Shown one piece after another: positions 25,350 through 39,056 of a stretch of 64,000 bases of DNA (positions are counted from its first letter, which is position 1; each line of letters opens with the position of its first letter). Location: positions 78,740,001 through 78,804,000 of the forward strand of contig OX597826.1 in the NCBI GenBank assembly GCA_951406725.2, given 5' to 3'. Below the pieces are notes generated by a model. The model ran no database searches. It was not told the origin of the DNA and saw nothing but the letters and a program-made list of their open reading frames with translations. The translations under genes and the position numbers were made by a program. Source of the DNA: Octopus vulgaris. Lineage: Eukaryota.

Positions 25350-25844
25350 CATTATTATCATTATTATTATCATTATTATTATTATTATCATCATCATCAT
25401 AGAAATACTTATAAATGGCTTTGTAAGCTGTTATATACACGGGCACCCATGCATAAACCTTCCATGTACATGATTTCTCTCGGGCGCAGTTTTCTCCTGC
25501 ATATATTTATTTAATCGGAAAAATAAACTTATTAAATATCACTAGTGGAATTTCATGGATTCATCGTATCAGATAATGTAATATATGTATGTACATTTAG
25601 GTATGAGTATATTATCTTTGTTTTTGTGGCAGCGGACTTGAGGATGGTGCGTTCAGTAAACACTTCTAATAAAGATCCGTAACTTTGCGAACCTCTGGTT
25701 TAAGATCTAATTTTTTTTACTCCAAATGAATGCTTGATTGATAAGATGCAATTTATTTGAGAAACAATCGCATTTCGCTCTGCTCTTCTAAATTTCTGGA
25801 CTTGTGTCTATGTTAGAAATAATCATTATTATCTTCCTTTGTGG

Positions 25845-25985
25845 GTAGCGAACTGGTAGAATCGTTAGCTTGTCGGAAAAATTGCTTAGTAGCATTTCGT
25901 CCGACTTTACGTTCTGAGTTCAAATACAGTCGAGGTTGACTTTGGCAGTCATTTTTTCGGGGTCGAATAAATAAGGATCCGTCTA
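25845..25985 (+). mobile_element. SINE family C, diverged 5' part
   Basis: GAACTGGTAGAATCGTTAGC head and GAGTTCAAAT B box. Confidence 0.7.
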
Positions 25986-26998
25986 TCGCTAAGGTGATGC
26001 AATCCATCAATCGCTTTCCCCCAAACAGGGTGCAGTGGCAATATATAGTCAGTACAAGGTGTTGATGCGGCTGTGTGTATGTTATTACAAGAGTTCATAA
26101 AGAAATAAAGAATAAACTCAAGATCTATATATTTACTACATAAAACTATGTTTTATTTACTGATCGATGATGATACATGGAATCAAAATGTAGAATCTAG
26201 TTGAATGAAGTAATCTATGCAAGAAATTTCAAAGATAGGAAATGTAGAAATAACAGCTAAGTGGTGGCTTTCAGTCATGTGGCATAGAGAAATAGATGGA
26301 CATAGCAATGACATGAATGGCTCTAAGTCTAATCGACTAAGAAGCGAAGAGCAGGATTAGTAAACTGTTTTTATTAATGGAACACTAGACATTCTAGAAA
26401 CTTCCAAGAGAAATGCTAAGGCTCTTGAATAATTAAGAATCACGTCTCATGACATAGATGCTTCGAGAAACTTAGTAAAGGGAGGTTACTCTATAATCTT
26501 TCTTGCAAGGGAGACCATTCAACTATTTAGCTACCTACACCACGTCGTCTGGGTTGTGCTATAGTATTAAGAGGCGATTGTGTATATTTTGTATTGGTTG
26601 CATTTCACTATTGATCGGGGATTGCACAGTAAATATTGTATGAATTGTATCATAATACTTGGAGGTGGCTGTATTGGATACGTACCGAGTGGATTGTGAG
26701 TAGAGTGATTAGAGCTGATTATAGAGGATGTACGATTGTGAGAGGTTTCATTGTATTGGCTGGTGATTGTCCAGTGGTTTTTCAATCATTTTTTTTTTAC
26801 CTATGGACCCCTTTTTTTTAACTATGGACCTATGGACCCCTTCTGTTCGTATTCTACTCAGGTGGACCCTCATAGTCATTTGATGTTTAAAAAATCCTAT
26901 TATTATTTTTTTAGAATTAGATATTGTTAGGAATTGTAAATAAGAAAATAAAAAAGTTTTGTGAATTGTAGAAGAACAAGCGATTTATTGCAAATATA

Positions 26999-27155
26999 GG
27001 CGCAGGAGTGGCTGTGTGGCAAGTAGCTTGCTTACCAACCACATGGCTCTGGGTTCGGTCCCACTGCGTGGCATCTTGGGCAAGTCTCTTCAGCTATAGC
27101 CTCGGGCCGACCAAAGCCTTGTGAGTGGAATTGGAAGACGTATGTGTGTGTGTGC

Positions 27156-27189
<34 letters not shown>

Positions 27190-27225
27190 CTGTGTGTGTG
27201 TGTCTGTGTGTCTGTGTGTGTGTCT

Positions 27226-27272
<47 letters not shown>

Positions 27273-27463
27273 CCCCTACCATCGCTTGACAACGGATATT
27301 GGTGTGTTCACGTCCCTGAAACTTAGCGGTTCGACGAAAGAGACCGATAGGATAAGTACTAGGCTAACAAAGAATAATTCCTGGGGTCGATCGATTTGTT
27401 CGACTAAAGGCAGTGCTCCAGCATGGCCGCAGTCAAATGACTGAAACAAGTAAAATAATAAAA
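26999..27463 (+). mobile_element. SINE family B, full length with (TG)n expansion
   Basis: Homologous to 13639-14043. Confidence 0.9.
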
Positions 27464-29509
27464 GAATACCAAAATCTTCCATGAACTCCAAGTGATCACA
27501 TGACCCCAGTTGTGAACCTTTGCTGAAGGTTGTGCTGTGCAGAATATGAGATCCGTGCATTAGAGTGCATTATAGTTTATTTTGGAATGGTAAGTCTGTG
27601 AACTCTTGTATTCTTCCTAATGAAGTCTTTTTTTGTGTGTGAGTGTGTGTGTTCTTTGCTTTCATACTCAGTGCACCAATAATTACTGATGGTATTCTGT
27701 TCTCGTAACTCGTATTTAGATTATTTCTATTTCCAGGTCAATATACTTTGAAAGACTTTCGGTTCCTACCCGGACGCTGTTTAAACCGAGAGGAACCAGA
27801 GTGTTTATTAGAGTACATAAATTTTCCTTTCTATCTTAAATTGTCATATCTAGAAGATTAATTTTGACCTCTTTGTCAGTCCTGACAGTTGATAGTCGCA
27901 TCCAGGGTTTGGAATGTGTTTACAGTATTGTTTCAGTGTTCACGTGGAAAATTCCGAATACTTCCCAACGGACGCATAGCCAGCCATGTCTGGAGATAGA
28001 TATCTGTAGACATATTCAGTTTTGGCGAAGACGAGACAGTGAGAAATTATTGTATACTTTATATTTATGGCTTCGTCTGAAAGTTAGCGTCTTGTTTTAT
28101 TATTTTATTCTGGAAGTTCACTTAACGTCCAATTTATAATATTATCTCTGTAGTTTACGACTACGGTGGCTCGTGTATTTATGCCTGTAATAATATTTCT
28201 TGCATTGATTCTGTTTTTAATCGTAGTCTGACTGTTCTGCAAAACTCGTTTCTAATTTTCTCCTTCATTTATATATGTTGTATCTTATCAGTTTCATCTT
28301 CTTCTAAATACTTTTAGAGGTGGTTCTCTTGTAATTCTCTGATTTCCATGTCTGAATCGAATGTTGTATCGTTTTAAGTTTTAATTAATTTGCCTTTGTC
28401 TCGTTTGTTTAATCGCATATTAATTTTCATATCACTTATTGAATTCACTGACAGCTTTTGTCAAGTGTTTCAACTAGAGTTTTGTCTTTTGCATGAAGTT
28501 TTAAATCATTCACAGACATAGACACAGGCATGGCTGTGCGGTTAAGAAGCTCGCTCTGCATCTACGGGGTTTGGGGTTCAGTCCCACCGCATGGCAGCAA
28601 GTTACCAAGATAATATTGGCGATGATATGAGAGAGAAGAAATAGAGACAGAGAGGAAACAGAAGAAATTATGTTGTTAATGTAAGAAAGTACAAATTGGT
28701 AATTAGATTGAAAAGTGGAAAGTCGAAGTCAGTGTAAAGAGAAAGAGTGTGGTTTTGGAAGAGAAGCGAGAAACCGGAGATGAATAATTAGGGAAGGAGA
28801 AAGGGTGGGTATAAAACAGGAAAAGATGGAGTGGTGGAAGAGAAGACTAAGCTGACAGATAAATCAGGAACACAGGAGAGGGTTGTGTAAGAGGAAGGAT
28901 AATGAGGTGGAGGGTAAAAACGAGAAGGAAACAACGGATAAGAGAAGAGAAAGGTAAAAACAAGAACAGTATAAGGGTATAAAAAGCAGTATAAGGGTAT
29001 AAAAAGAATGGAAAAAGGGAATGGACGAGGAAGCGGTGGATTAGCCACTAAATCAGCGTTTGACAGCATATTTATGGAGATATTCGAAATGAGAATGTCT
29101 ACAGAATATTTTTTAGGAACTTCAGTGAAAGATACATACACGGATTCGTACATTTAAAACTGGTTAAAACATTTAAAATAATTAAAATAATTTCGAGTCT
29201 CTTAAAACAATTAAAACAATCTAAATGATGAGGTTAAAACACAAAATGTATAATACAATTTAATGCTTAAAACTTGTTAATAGAATTTCAAATAATTTAA
29301 ATTCTTGGATCTTCTTTTCCATAACACTGAGTAATTATTGCGTTTTGGTTTTTTGTTTACTTATTTGTTTTCCATTTTGTAGAACGAATTTGTTTCTACA
29401 AGAATTCTACTCGGTAGCTTGAATTGATGCAACAAATGAACCGGAAACTGAGAGCATTAAGAATCTTTTCCCTGAAGTAATTTTTAAAAAAGGTTGCAGA
29501 TATGAGAAT

Positions 29510-29679
29510 GTAGCCACTACACATTCTTTAGTGTTTCTTTCTGTGTTCCTTTCTGTGGAAGAGCGTAGGCTCGAAACGTTAAATACTTTTTCACTTCTCG
29601 AGCGTTATACTAATACATCTGTTTGTTGTCTACATCACCTGTCTTCGTCTTTTGTTTCTTTTTTTTGTGAATTCTCCCC
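29510..29679 (+). mobile_element. Repeat family E2, second copy
   Basis: Homologous to 19703-19880; motif at 29549-29584. Confidence 0.7.
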
Positions 29680-30000
29680 TGGCTCAGTGGTTAGAGCGTC
29701 GAGCTTACGATCGTGAGGTTGTGAGCTCGAATCCCAGACCGGGCTGCGTGTTGTGTTCTTGAGCAAAACACTTTATTTCACGTTGCTCCAGTTCACTCAG
29801 CTGTAGAATTGAGTTGCGACGTCACTGGTTCCAAGCTGTATCGACCTTTGTCTTTCCCTTGGATAACACTGGTGGCGTGGAGAGGGGAGGCCGGTATGCA
29901 TGGGCGACTGCTGGTCTTCCATAAACAACCTTGCCCAGACTTGTGTCTAGGAGGGTAACTTTCTAGGTGCAATCCCATGGTCATTCATGACCGAAGGGGG
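29680..30000 (+). mobile_element. SINE family A
   Basis: TGGCTCAGTGGTTAGAGCG A box; reverse-complement match to 58173-58493. Confidence 0.9.
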
Positions 30001-30003
30001 TCA

Positions 30004-30044
<41 letters not shown>

Positions 30045-30396
30045 AGGAAAACAAATTTTCAAATCAATCAGATTTAACCCTACAGCGTTATATGCATCTA
30101 CACATCGTACTTTGGGGTCTTATTTATCGTATATTTAAATATTTATCTATAAATATACAAACTATCTGATAAAAGTCAATATTAATTCAATTTTGGGGGA
30201 TTAATCGATATGTGGGTATTCTATTTCAGATAGTACAGAAATAACCCAATGAGTATATCTGACAGTAAACTCATGGTATCAGTTTGCACATCACGAAATA
30301 ATACTTAAAGGATATAAATATAAGTATTAACTAAAGTATGATATAATTAATGAAGTATATATGAAGGAACTACACGTGTTTCAGTATTGGAAGATT

Positions 30397-30458
<62 letters not shown>

Positions 30459-30927
30459 CGACTATACATATATGCAATCGTCAGATTTACAATTATTCCA
30501 ACACATCTTCGGGTTCTATTTCAAAATATTATATATCTAATTTTACATCCCTTTAAAATAAGCAATACAATTAGACATTAAAGATAAAAATTACGAATTA
30601 AAAATTAAGAATAAAAATTATACTTTGTAATATTAAGAATTAAAATTTATAAATTATACACTATAAATATTAGTATATATATCAATCATGTAAAATCAAG
30701 TATATGTCCAATACAGAATGTGAGATATAAGATTAAACATCAGAATAAAAATGTCTGTGTTTAAATGTGACATACAAGAAAAATTCAAATACATATCTTC
30801 CTTTTTTTTTTTGGTGATACTAAAATGGTGATTTGAGGAAGAAGATAGCAGGGATCTATGGGTATTTATAGGGGATTATAAATATGGGTATAATCTACCC
30901 GCATATCGATTAATCCCCCAAAATTGA

Positions 30928-30998
<71 letters not shown>

Positions 30999-31586
30999 TG
31001 TATGTATGTATGTATGTATGTATGTATGTATGTATGTATGTATATATGTATGTTTGTATGTATGTATATATGTATGTATGTATGTATGTAACTGCTTCCT
31101 TGAACAAACGATATCTCTGCCCAACAAGAATCATTCTGTTGACTCACAATGTTATTTAATTTCTAACCAACGAACGATGGCTTCCCCTCAAAAAATGCGC
31201 TACAATGATTATGAACAGGATTTGCGGATGGCAATCTGCCGTTTTAGGTGTTTTCAGAGAAAAGATAAGTGGAAGGACAATACCTCGCTCAAAATCCATA
31301 GAATTAAATAAATTCTCTTTAGAATATCTGAACTGACAGGCAGCCTGCTAAACAGCAACTGTTACACCAGCAAGAAAGAAAATAAATTGGAACCGTTAGA
31401 ACCAATTCTTACATTCGTATGTTACTTGAAATATAGATTTCTCTCTCTTTTTATAAAACTTATGAATATAAACTATGAACTTAAATGACTTTTTATTTGG
31501 TCAAATATTTCCATCAAATTGTCTCTCTGCAAACATCACCTATAAACTATTTCTCACTTTTCGAAAATGTTAATTTTTTCTTTTTG

Positions 31587-31639
<53 letters not shown>

Positions 31640-31892
31640 TCTCTCTCCATATCGTAATAGATCCTTAATTACTTCGCACTGAAGAGATTCGACCAAAATT
31701 GAAATAATAGCTTCTATTAAAGATGAAACGAGAATAGAGAAAACAGATCAAATTAAATAATAGAAAGAGTTGTATTATTCCTCCATTTCATTTATTCCAC
31801 TAACAAGAAAATAGAATAAGATTCCTAGCAAGATATTTCCTTCCCTTGCAAAGAAAAGGAACAATCAATGAAATATGAATTATATATATATA

Positions 31893-32325
<433 letters not shown>

Positions 32326-32881
32326 AACGCGTAGGAGTAATCGCTACCAATTACAAATGCGAAGGGGAGATAATATCAAGAATGAAGTATTCTCTCAAAT
32401 CGACAAACCGTTAAGGAAAAGACAGTCTGATTGTCAGAAGACAAGCGGACAGCTGTGCGTATGTATTTCTGCCACAATGGGCGTCATTAGTACAGCATTT
32501 ATTCTGCTTTATCTTCTTATCATCTTGAAAGGACAAGCACCAAATTTGAACATTGTGAGCTAGGAGGAATCCTGGAGCTAAATGCCACTACGTAATGCTA
32601 CAGGTCTCAACGTTTCCATCTACGGTAAAAAGACACAGCTACTGCAAAAGCTTAAGTTGCAAAGGCCCAGAAATTTTACTTAGTCGAAAAGCAAAACCAT
32701 CGGAAATCTGCGTGTAAGGGATGCAAGCACATGCAGAACTTTGCTGAGTGTGCCCCAGCATGGCCACAACTCACGCATTGAAAACAGCAGAAAAGTGAAA
32801 ACGAAACACACTCTCACACACACACACATATGTATATATGATATATATGTGTGTGTGTGTCTGTGTGTGCGTGTGTGTGTC

Positions 32882-32914
<33 letters not shown>

Positions 32915-33320
32915 GAGAGATATACATAATACATATATATATACACTACCGTCAGAAATTAATTAGTACCCTTGATTTGCTCTTCACTCAAGGTATGTGC
33001 TGTCACCTAGTGGCCATATCTCGAACTATTGCTTTGTTGCGAGTTCACCGTTGCGCAGAACGATGACATAACTTTGTTTGCAGAGCGGTTTGAAAGTCTA
33101 CAGCCTAATGATGTTGACATAGCAGTGCAACAACAACTTGGAGTGCGGATGCAGACAAATCTTCCTTTGTTTAATAGATATAGGTAGCGCCTCGCAAGGA
33201 CCGAAATCACACCGTACTAAGTTTTCTCATCGTGTAAGACGTTTTGAACAGCTCGTAGGTTAATTGATTTGTGTATTTGCAAGATTTTTTTTCCTCACAA
33301 ATTCTCCTACACTCTGCTTC

Positions 33321-33359
33321 GTGACGTCACTTCCGGTTCACAAAACTTTCTGTTATAAA
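33321..33359 (+). promoter_or_regulatory. Candidate transposase promoter: overlapping CRE/ETS motif plus TATA-like box
   Basis: GTGACGTCACTTCCGG at 33321-33336 and TATAAA at 33354-33359, upstream of the transposase ATG. Confidence 0.45.
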
Positions 33360-33496
33360 TCAAATAAGGTGAGAAATTCTGCTTTCTTTCTTTTTTTGCT
33401 TAATGAATAATAACTCATAGCAGTTTTGTTATAGCATAACATTATTCAAATGAATAGTTTTAATGAAAATAACTGGTTTTTATCGTTCATTCCTAG

Positions 33497-34504
33497 ATGG
33501 GCCCAAGACCTCGCATGACCTTGGAGAGACGGTACGAGGCTCTCTCGTGGCGTGGGAAGCTGTCGGAGACTGCAATAGCCAGAAAACTTGGTGTAGCCAG
33601 GCGCACAATTCAGTGCTTATTTAAGAAATACGAGGAAACCGGATCAGCAGCTGACAAAAAGGGTAGGGGACGGAAGAGGCTGACGACCCAGCGGGAGGAC
33701 CGGATGCTGATCCGAAAGTCACTGAACAACCGAAGGGCAACGAGCCGGCAACTGGCGGAGGAGATGCAAAAGCAGTTGTCTACAACCACCGTCAAGACCA
33801 GATTACTGGAAGCTGGTCTAAAATCCTGTAGGGCCGCCTGTAAGCCGCTCCTTACAGCCCAAAACCGGAAGAGGTGGCTGCTCTGGGCCCGTGCCCACAA
33901 GACATGGACCGTGCAGCAGTGGCAGACAGTGATGTTCACTGACGAGTCGCGATTCAGTCTCGTCAGTGACAAGCCTGTCCATGTGCGACGCTGCAGGGGT
34001 GAGCGCTTCAACAAAGACTGCATTGCTCCCACCATGAAGCATGGTGGGGGTTGTCTGATGGTGTGGGGGGCGTTCAGCTACAGTGGTGTTGGGCGGCTCT
34101 ATGCCGTCGAAGGCAACATCAACGCAGCAAAGTACGTTGAGATAGTATGGAATGCTGCCCTACCCTCTGCGGGATACCTCTTTGGTGGCGAGGAGTACGT
34201 GCTCCAGCAGGACAACGCGCCTCCCCACACAGCCAAGCTCACAACCGGTTTCTTCAAGGACCATGGGGTGACGGTCATGGACTGGCCTGGCCAGTCACCT
34301 GACCTGAACCCTATTGAGAACCTCTGGAGTCGATTGAGTAGGGATTTGAATGTGCAGCAATACAGGAACCGACACGAGCTGTTTGGGGCACTTCTTGCTG
34401 CATGGAGGGCCATCCCTGCACAGTACCTGCAGGCACTCATAGACAGCATGCCGGCCCGCGTAGCAGCTGTCATTGCTGCCAAAGGAGGAGCAACAAGATA
34501 TTGA
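33497..34504 (+). CDS. Tc1-family transposase, 335 aa
   Basis: N-terminal HTH (IARKLGVARRTI), GRGRKR linker, VMFTDESRF (D), QQDNAPPH (D), WPGQSPDLNPIENLW (E, 34 residues after the second D); no stops. Confidence 0.97.
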   Translation: MGPRPRMTLERRYEALSWRGKLSETAIARKLGVARRTIQCLFKKYEETGSAADKKGRGRKRLTTQREDRMLIRKSLNNRRATSRQLAEEMQKQLSTTTVKTRLLEAGLKSCRAACKPLLTAQNRKRWLLWARAHKTWTVQQWQTVMFTDESRFSLVSDKPVHVRRCRGERFNKDCIAPTMKHGGGCLMVWGAFSYSGVGRLYAVEGNINAAKYVEIVWNAALPSAGYLFGGEEYVLQQDNAPPHTAKLTTGFFKDHGVTVMDWPGQSPDLNPIENLWSRLSRDLNVQQYRNRHELFGALLAAWRAIPAQYLQALIDSMPARVAAVIAAKGGATRY

Positions 34505-34674
34505 CTAAATTTCACGATTAATAACAATTATGTGGTGTGCTGGGATATGTTTTAATAAATTTTTGATTAAAAACGAATTCGTTTCTGATAATAAGTTAAG
34601 AAAATGTAAGAAAATGTAGAAATTTGAGAAGTGCTAATTAATTTCTGACGCAAGTGTATATATACATATGTGAT

Positions 34675-35045
<371 letters not shown>

Positions 35046-35807
35046 ATAGGGAGGGGTGGCAGTTGAAGTGGTGCTTACTGCCAACATCATTTAGACGAGT
35101 AAATTTTTTTACTTCGAGAATTATCCTTGTTTCTTAAGGCGAACAAGGAATTCATTTTCATTTTGGATTTTATTCCAAACAAGGGCTATAATTAACCATT
35201 TTCCAATGTTTAACGCCACCCAGCCACCCACCCCACTACCGCTAGGAGCCAACAAGGTCGGTTTTCTGAGACGCTCCCATTTCCATTGTATTTTTATCGT
35301 CTTACTGCAAGCCTTGAAATGGCTCCTTGTTTTACGGGAACTGCCCCCGAAAGAAACTAAAATGAACAGAGCAAAACTGTTGCTAAACAAAAAAACTTTA
35401 ATGAACAAATAAGCAAACAAATAACAAAAAATGGCAAACTAATAACATTTTGGGGAAAAGAACACGCCATAACAGCAACAACAACAACAACATTACGTAT
35501 GCTTTTGCTTTGCCAAATGAATTTTGCAAATAATAACTAAGTGCAATCGATCGCAAATGTTCCTTCGAAGAAGGAGGCGCGAGATATGGAACATTTTGTT
35601 GAAAGAAGTAAAGCTGTCGGCATTATTTTCGCGAGATCGTCGCAACCTACGACGGTCTGTCATGGAGTCGTGCAGCATACCTACGCAATCTACTCTTGGC
35701 TCGTATTTGAATTTATTTCTAAACTGATTCACACCTCTTTCTCCATTTAAAGCAGCAAATCGGTTTTTAGGGTCCACTTGATACATTGCTTCGATATCAC
35801 ATTGAAA

Positions 35808-35883
<76 letters not shown>

Positions 35884-37432
35884 GCGCGCACACACACACA
35901 CACACACACATCACCATTCACTCACCATCTTGTCTCTTTGACACATAAACGATCACCCACTCCAACCGCTCTCCATACACACACACACAGACATACACAA
36001 AGACAGACACACACATATAACACCAACACTGTCACACGTTACCCCTTTTCTCCACGTACGCACACGCAGAGATACATATACACTTACACCGATGTACATT
36101 CACCCACGCATACACTCGCACACACACACACACTTACTCACACACACACACACATCCCTCCTCCCTCACCCGTTCCTGTTTTACTTGTCTACTCTGTGGG
36201 TCACACCTTCCTTGTCACCGAAAAGCTTTCTAACGCACACATCCCTACACACACTACATCTATTACTTACTGCCCTTTACTCTCCGCTCTCCTTTCTGAA
36301 GAGATTTTTCTTTCGATCTCGCCATATTATTTCACACAATGCACTTTTAACCAACTTTTCGGCAACACACGTTCCTGCTCTTAACTGTTCAATACTCCTA
36401 CCTCTTCTCGATAGATTTTACCAGGTTCTCCTCCGTGTGAATTCTAATTCTTTACCGTCCTTAGACGCTCCATCAACCCCTCCGGAGTTTTTACTAGTTT
36501 TGTAATTTTTTTAAAAAATCATTTCTGTCGCCCTTTTCTTCTCTTCACAAAACTAATAACTTTTCTTTCTTTTGCTCATTTTAGTTTTAACCTTTCTTCC
36601 GTCTAAAACCGTTTCACATTCATATATTTGTACACCCATTTATTTACCACACCCTTCACATTCCCTCTTGCCTTTCCTCAACTATACCTTTTGCACACTC
36701 CGTTTAACCTTCCTCGACTCTTTACCAGTGATTTATAATTTTTAAATATTTTTTCTTTGACTTTTCTTCTCGTAGAACTTATAATTTTTTTTTTCTTCAG
36801 CGTAAAAAAGTCTCACACCTTATACCCTCGCTCACACATACACATCTATCAAACCTTTCACATTCCACTTGCCTTCCCACTCGCCTCGCGCTCGCTAACG
36901 CATCTTTATATCAACGCATTCTTCACACACAAACATTAACACACCACTAACCTATGCCACTACACTTTCACACTTATGCACTTATACACATCCCTCCCCA
37001 AAAAATACACACACCAGTCTCTCATACGCCTGCATCCAGAGACAGATACACTCCTATACTTAAACATGTTCACCTGCACCCGCTTCCTTTATTTTCTTCT
37101 CCAGGTTACTGACCTCTCTTCTGTTTTCTTTCTCAATGACTAATCCTTTTTCTCACTCCTATACTTTTCTCTTTCTATTGATGAAGGTCTAACGTCCGAA
37201 ACGTTAAGCCTCCCTCTTTTCTTATTAATACCGTAGTTGTTAAAACATGTCCTACTGTGTAGTTTTTTTAGCAATTCACCGTATTTATAGTATAAGTGTG
37301 TATGTATGCATGTATGTACACATTACTGTGCATGCATGCATGCATTTATATATTTTTGTATATGTATGCGCGTGTGTGTACGTTTTTGTGTACGTATGCG
37401 TGTATCTATATATTTTTGTGTGCATGGAGCGG

Positions 37433-37720
37433 TGAAGGCGGGTGACCTAGTGGTTCAGCTGTTGCATTCCCGACCGCAATGTGGTTTTCATACCCGGATC
37501 GGGCTGTCCGTTGTGTTCTTGAACAAAACCTGCAAAGCACCTCATTTCACGTTGTTCTGCGATCACTCTTCGATATCTGACGTGTTGCACGCCATACACC
37601 CGTACATGTAATGTCAATTCGATGGACGGACTGAGCTAATGCACACTTGGTCCACTGTAAAACAGATCATCTACGCAGGCTGTTCGGCAAGAAATATCGG
37701 AAGCTTCATCTGTCGTCAAC
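37433..37720 (+). mobile_element. Diverged tRNA-derived SINE (family A-related)
   Basis: GAAGGCGGGTGACCTAGTGGTT head; GTTGTGTTCTTGAACAAAAC core. Confidence 0.6.
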
Positions 37721-38351
37721 AAGACTCCATACAAAAACCACAATGCCTGTATGCATACATTTACGAACATAAGCAAACTAATTAGATGTGTGTGTGCGTG
37801 TGTGTGTGTGTGTAACACGTAGAGAGTTAAGACTCGCTCGTTTTAAAAATTAAAGAAAATATGTTTGCTGCAATCGTGATACAGGAAGACAATTGTTCTG
37901 TTATTGTATGTTTTTAGCTTTGAACACCCAAAACTATTTTGACAAATTTTTAACATTCCCTTAACGACTCTCAATAGTTTTCCCTTCCCCTCTTCCTCTA
38001 TATTTTTGTCTCTCTTTGTCCCCACCCCGCTCTCTCTCTCTCCCTCTCTCTCTCTCTCGCTATCTTTCCCTCCCTATCTCTCTCACTCTGTCTCTCCCAG
38101 TGTACATCCATCGCTTGGTATCTCGCGTCAATCTATCACTCAGTGTTTGACTACGGGCAAAGGCATTTGTTTAAATTTTAGATTGGATATATATATACAT
38201 ATATGTATATGCATCCATATATGTATATATATGTATATATATGTATGTATGTATGTATGTATCCGTGTACGTATACATATATTTACATATACATATACAT
38301 ATATACACATACGTATGTGCTTGTGCGTGTATATATATATATATATATATA

Positions 38352-38402
<51 letters not shown>

Positions 38403-38622
38403 GAGCGCTTGTATACAAATGTATACATATGTAAGGTGTAGCTACATGCGTGTGTCCGTGTCTGTGTCCGTGTTTGTGCGTGTGTTCCTAATCTAATTCT
38501 TATTTTATCGCTTTGGCCTAACATCGTAATGTGGTGATCAATATCTCTCTACTTACACCAATAACACTTTTCTTACTCTCTCTCGCTCTCCTTTTCTCTC
38601 TCTCTCTCTCTTTTTCAATCCC

Positions 38623-38661
<39 letters not shown>

Positions 38662-38820
38662 TTTTCTTTATTCATTCACCCATTCTATTTTTCTGTCAGT
38701 TCAATCGTCCTTCCCATTCTTCCTTTCATTCTCCGCCCCACTCCCGCATATTTGTGTGTGTATACACACACACACGTACACACAAATGTATATATATATA
38801 TATACACACACACGCACGCG

Positions 38821-38860
<40 letters not shown>

Positions 38861-38863
38861 TTT

Positions 38864-39056
<193 letters not shown>

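Larger units (their letters stand above)
32944..34656 (+). mobile_element. Complete Tc1 (DD34E) DNA transposon
   Basis: 26-bp TIRs CACTACCGTCAGAAATTAATTAGTAC and (reverse complement) CACTTGCGTCAGAAATTAATTAGCAC, 3 mismatches; TA on both sides (32942-43, 34657-58); intact transposase ORF inside. Confidence 0.97.

Noticed and set aside
33610-34527. Antisense ORFs overlapping the Tc1 transposase
   Set aside because: Shadow ORFs of a GC-rich coding strand
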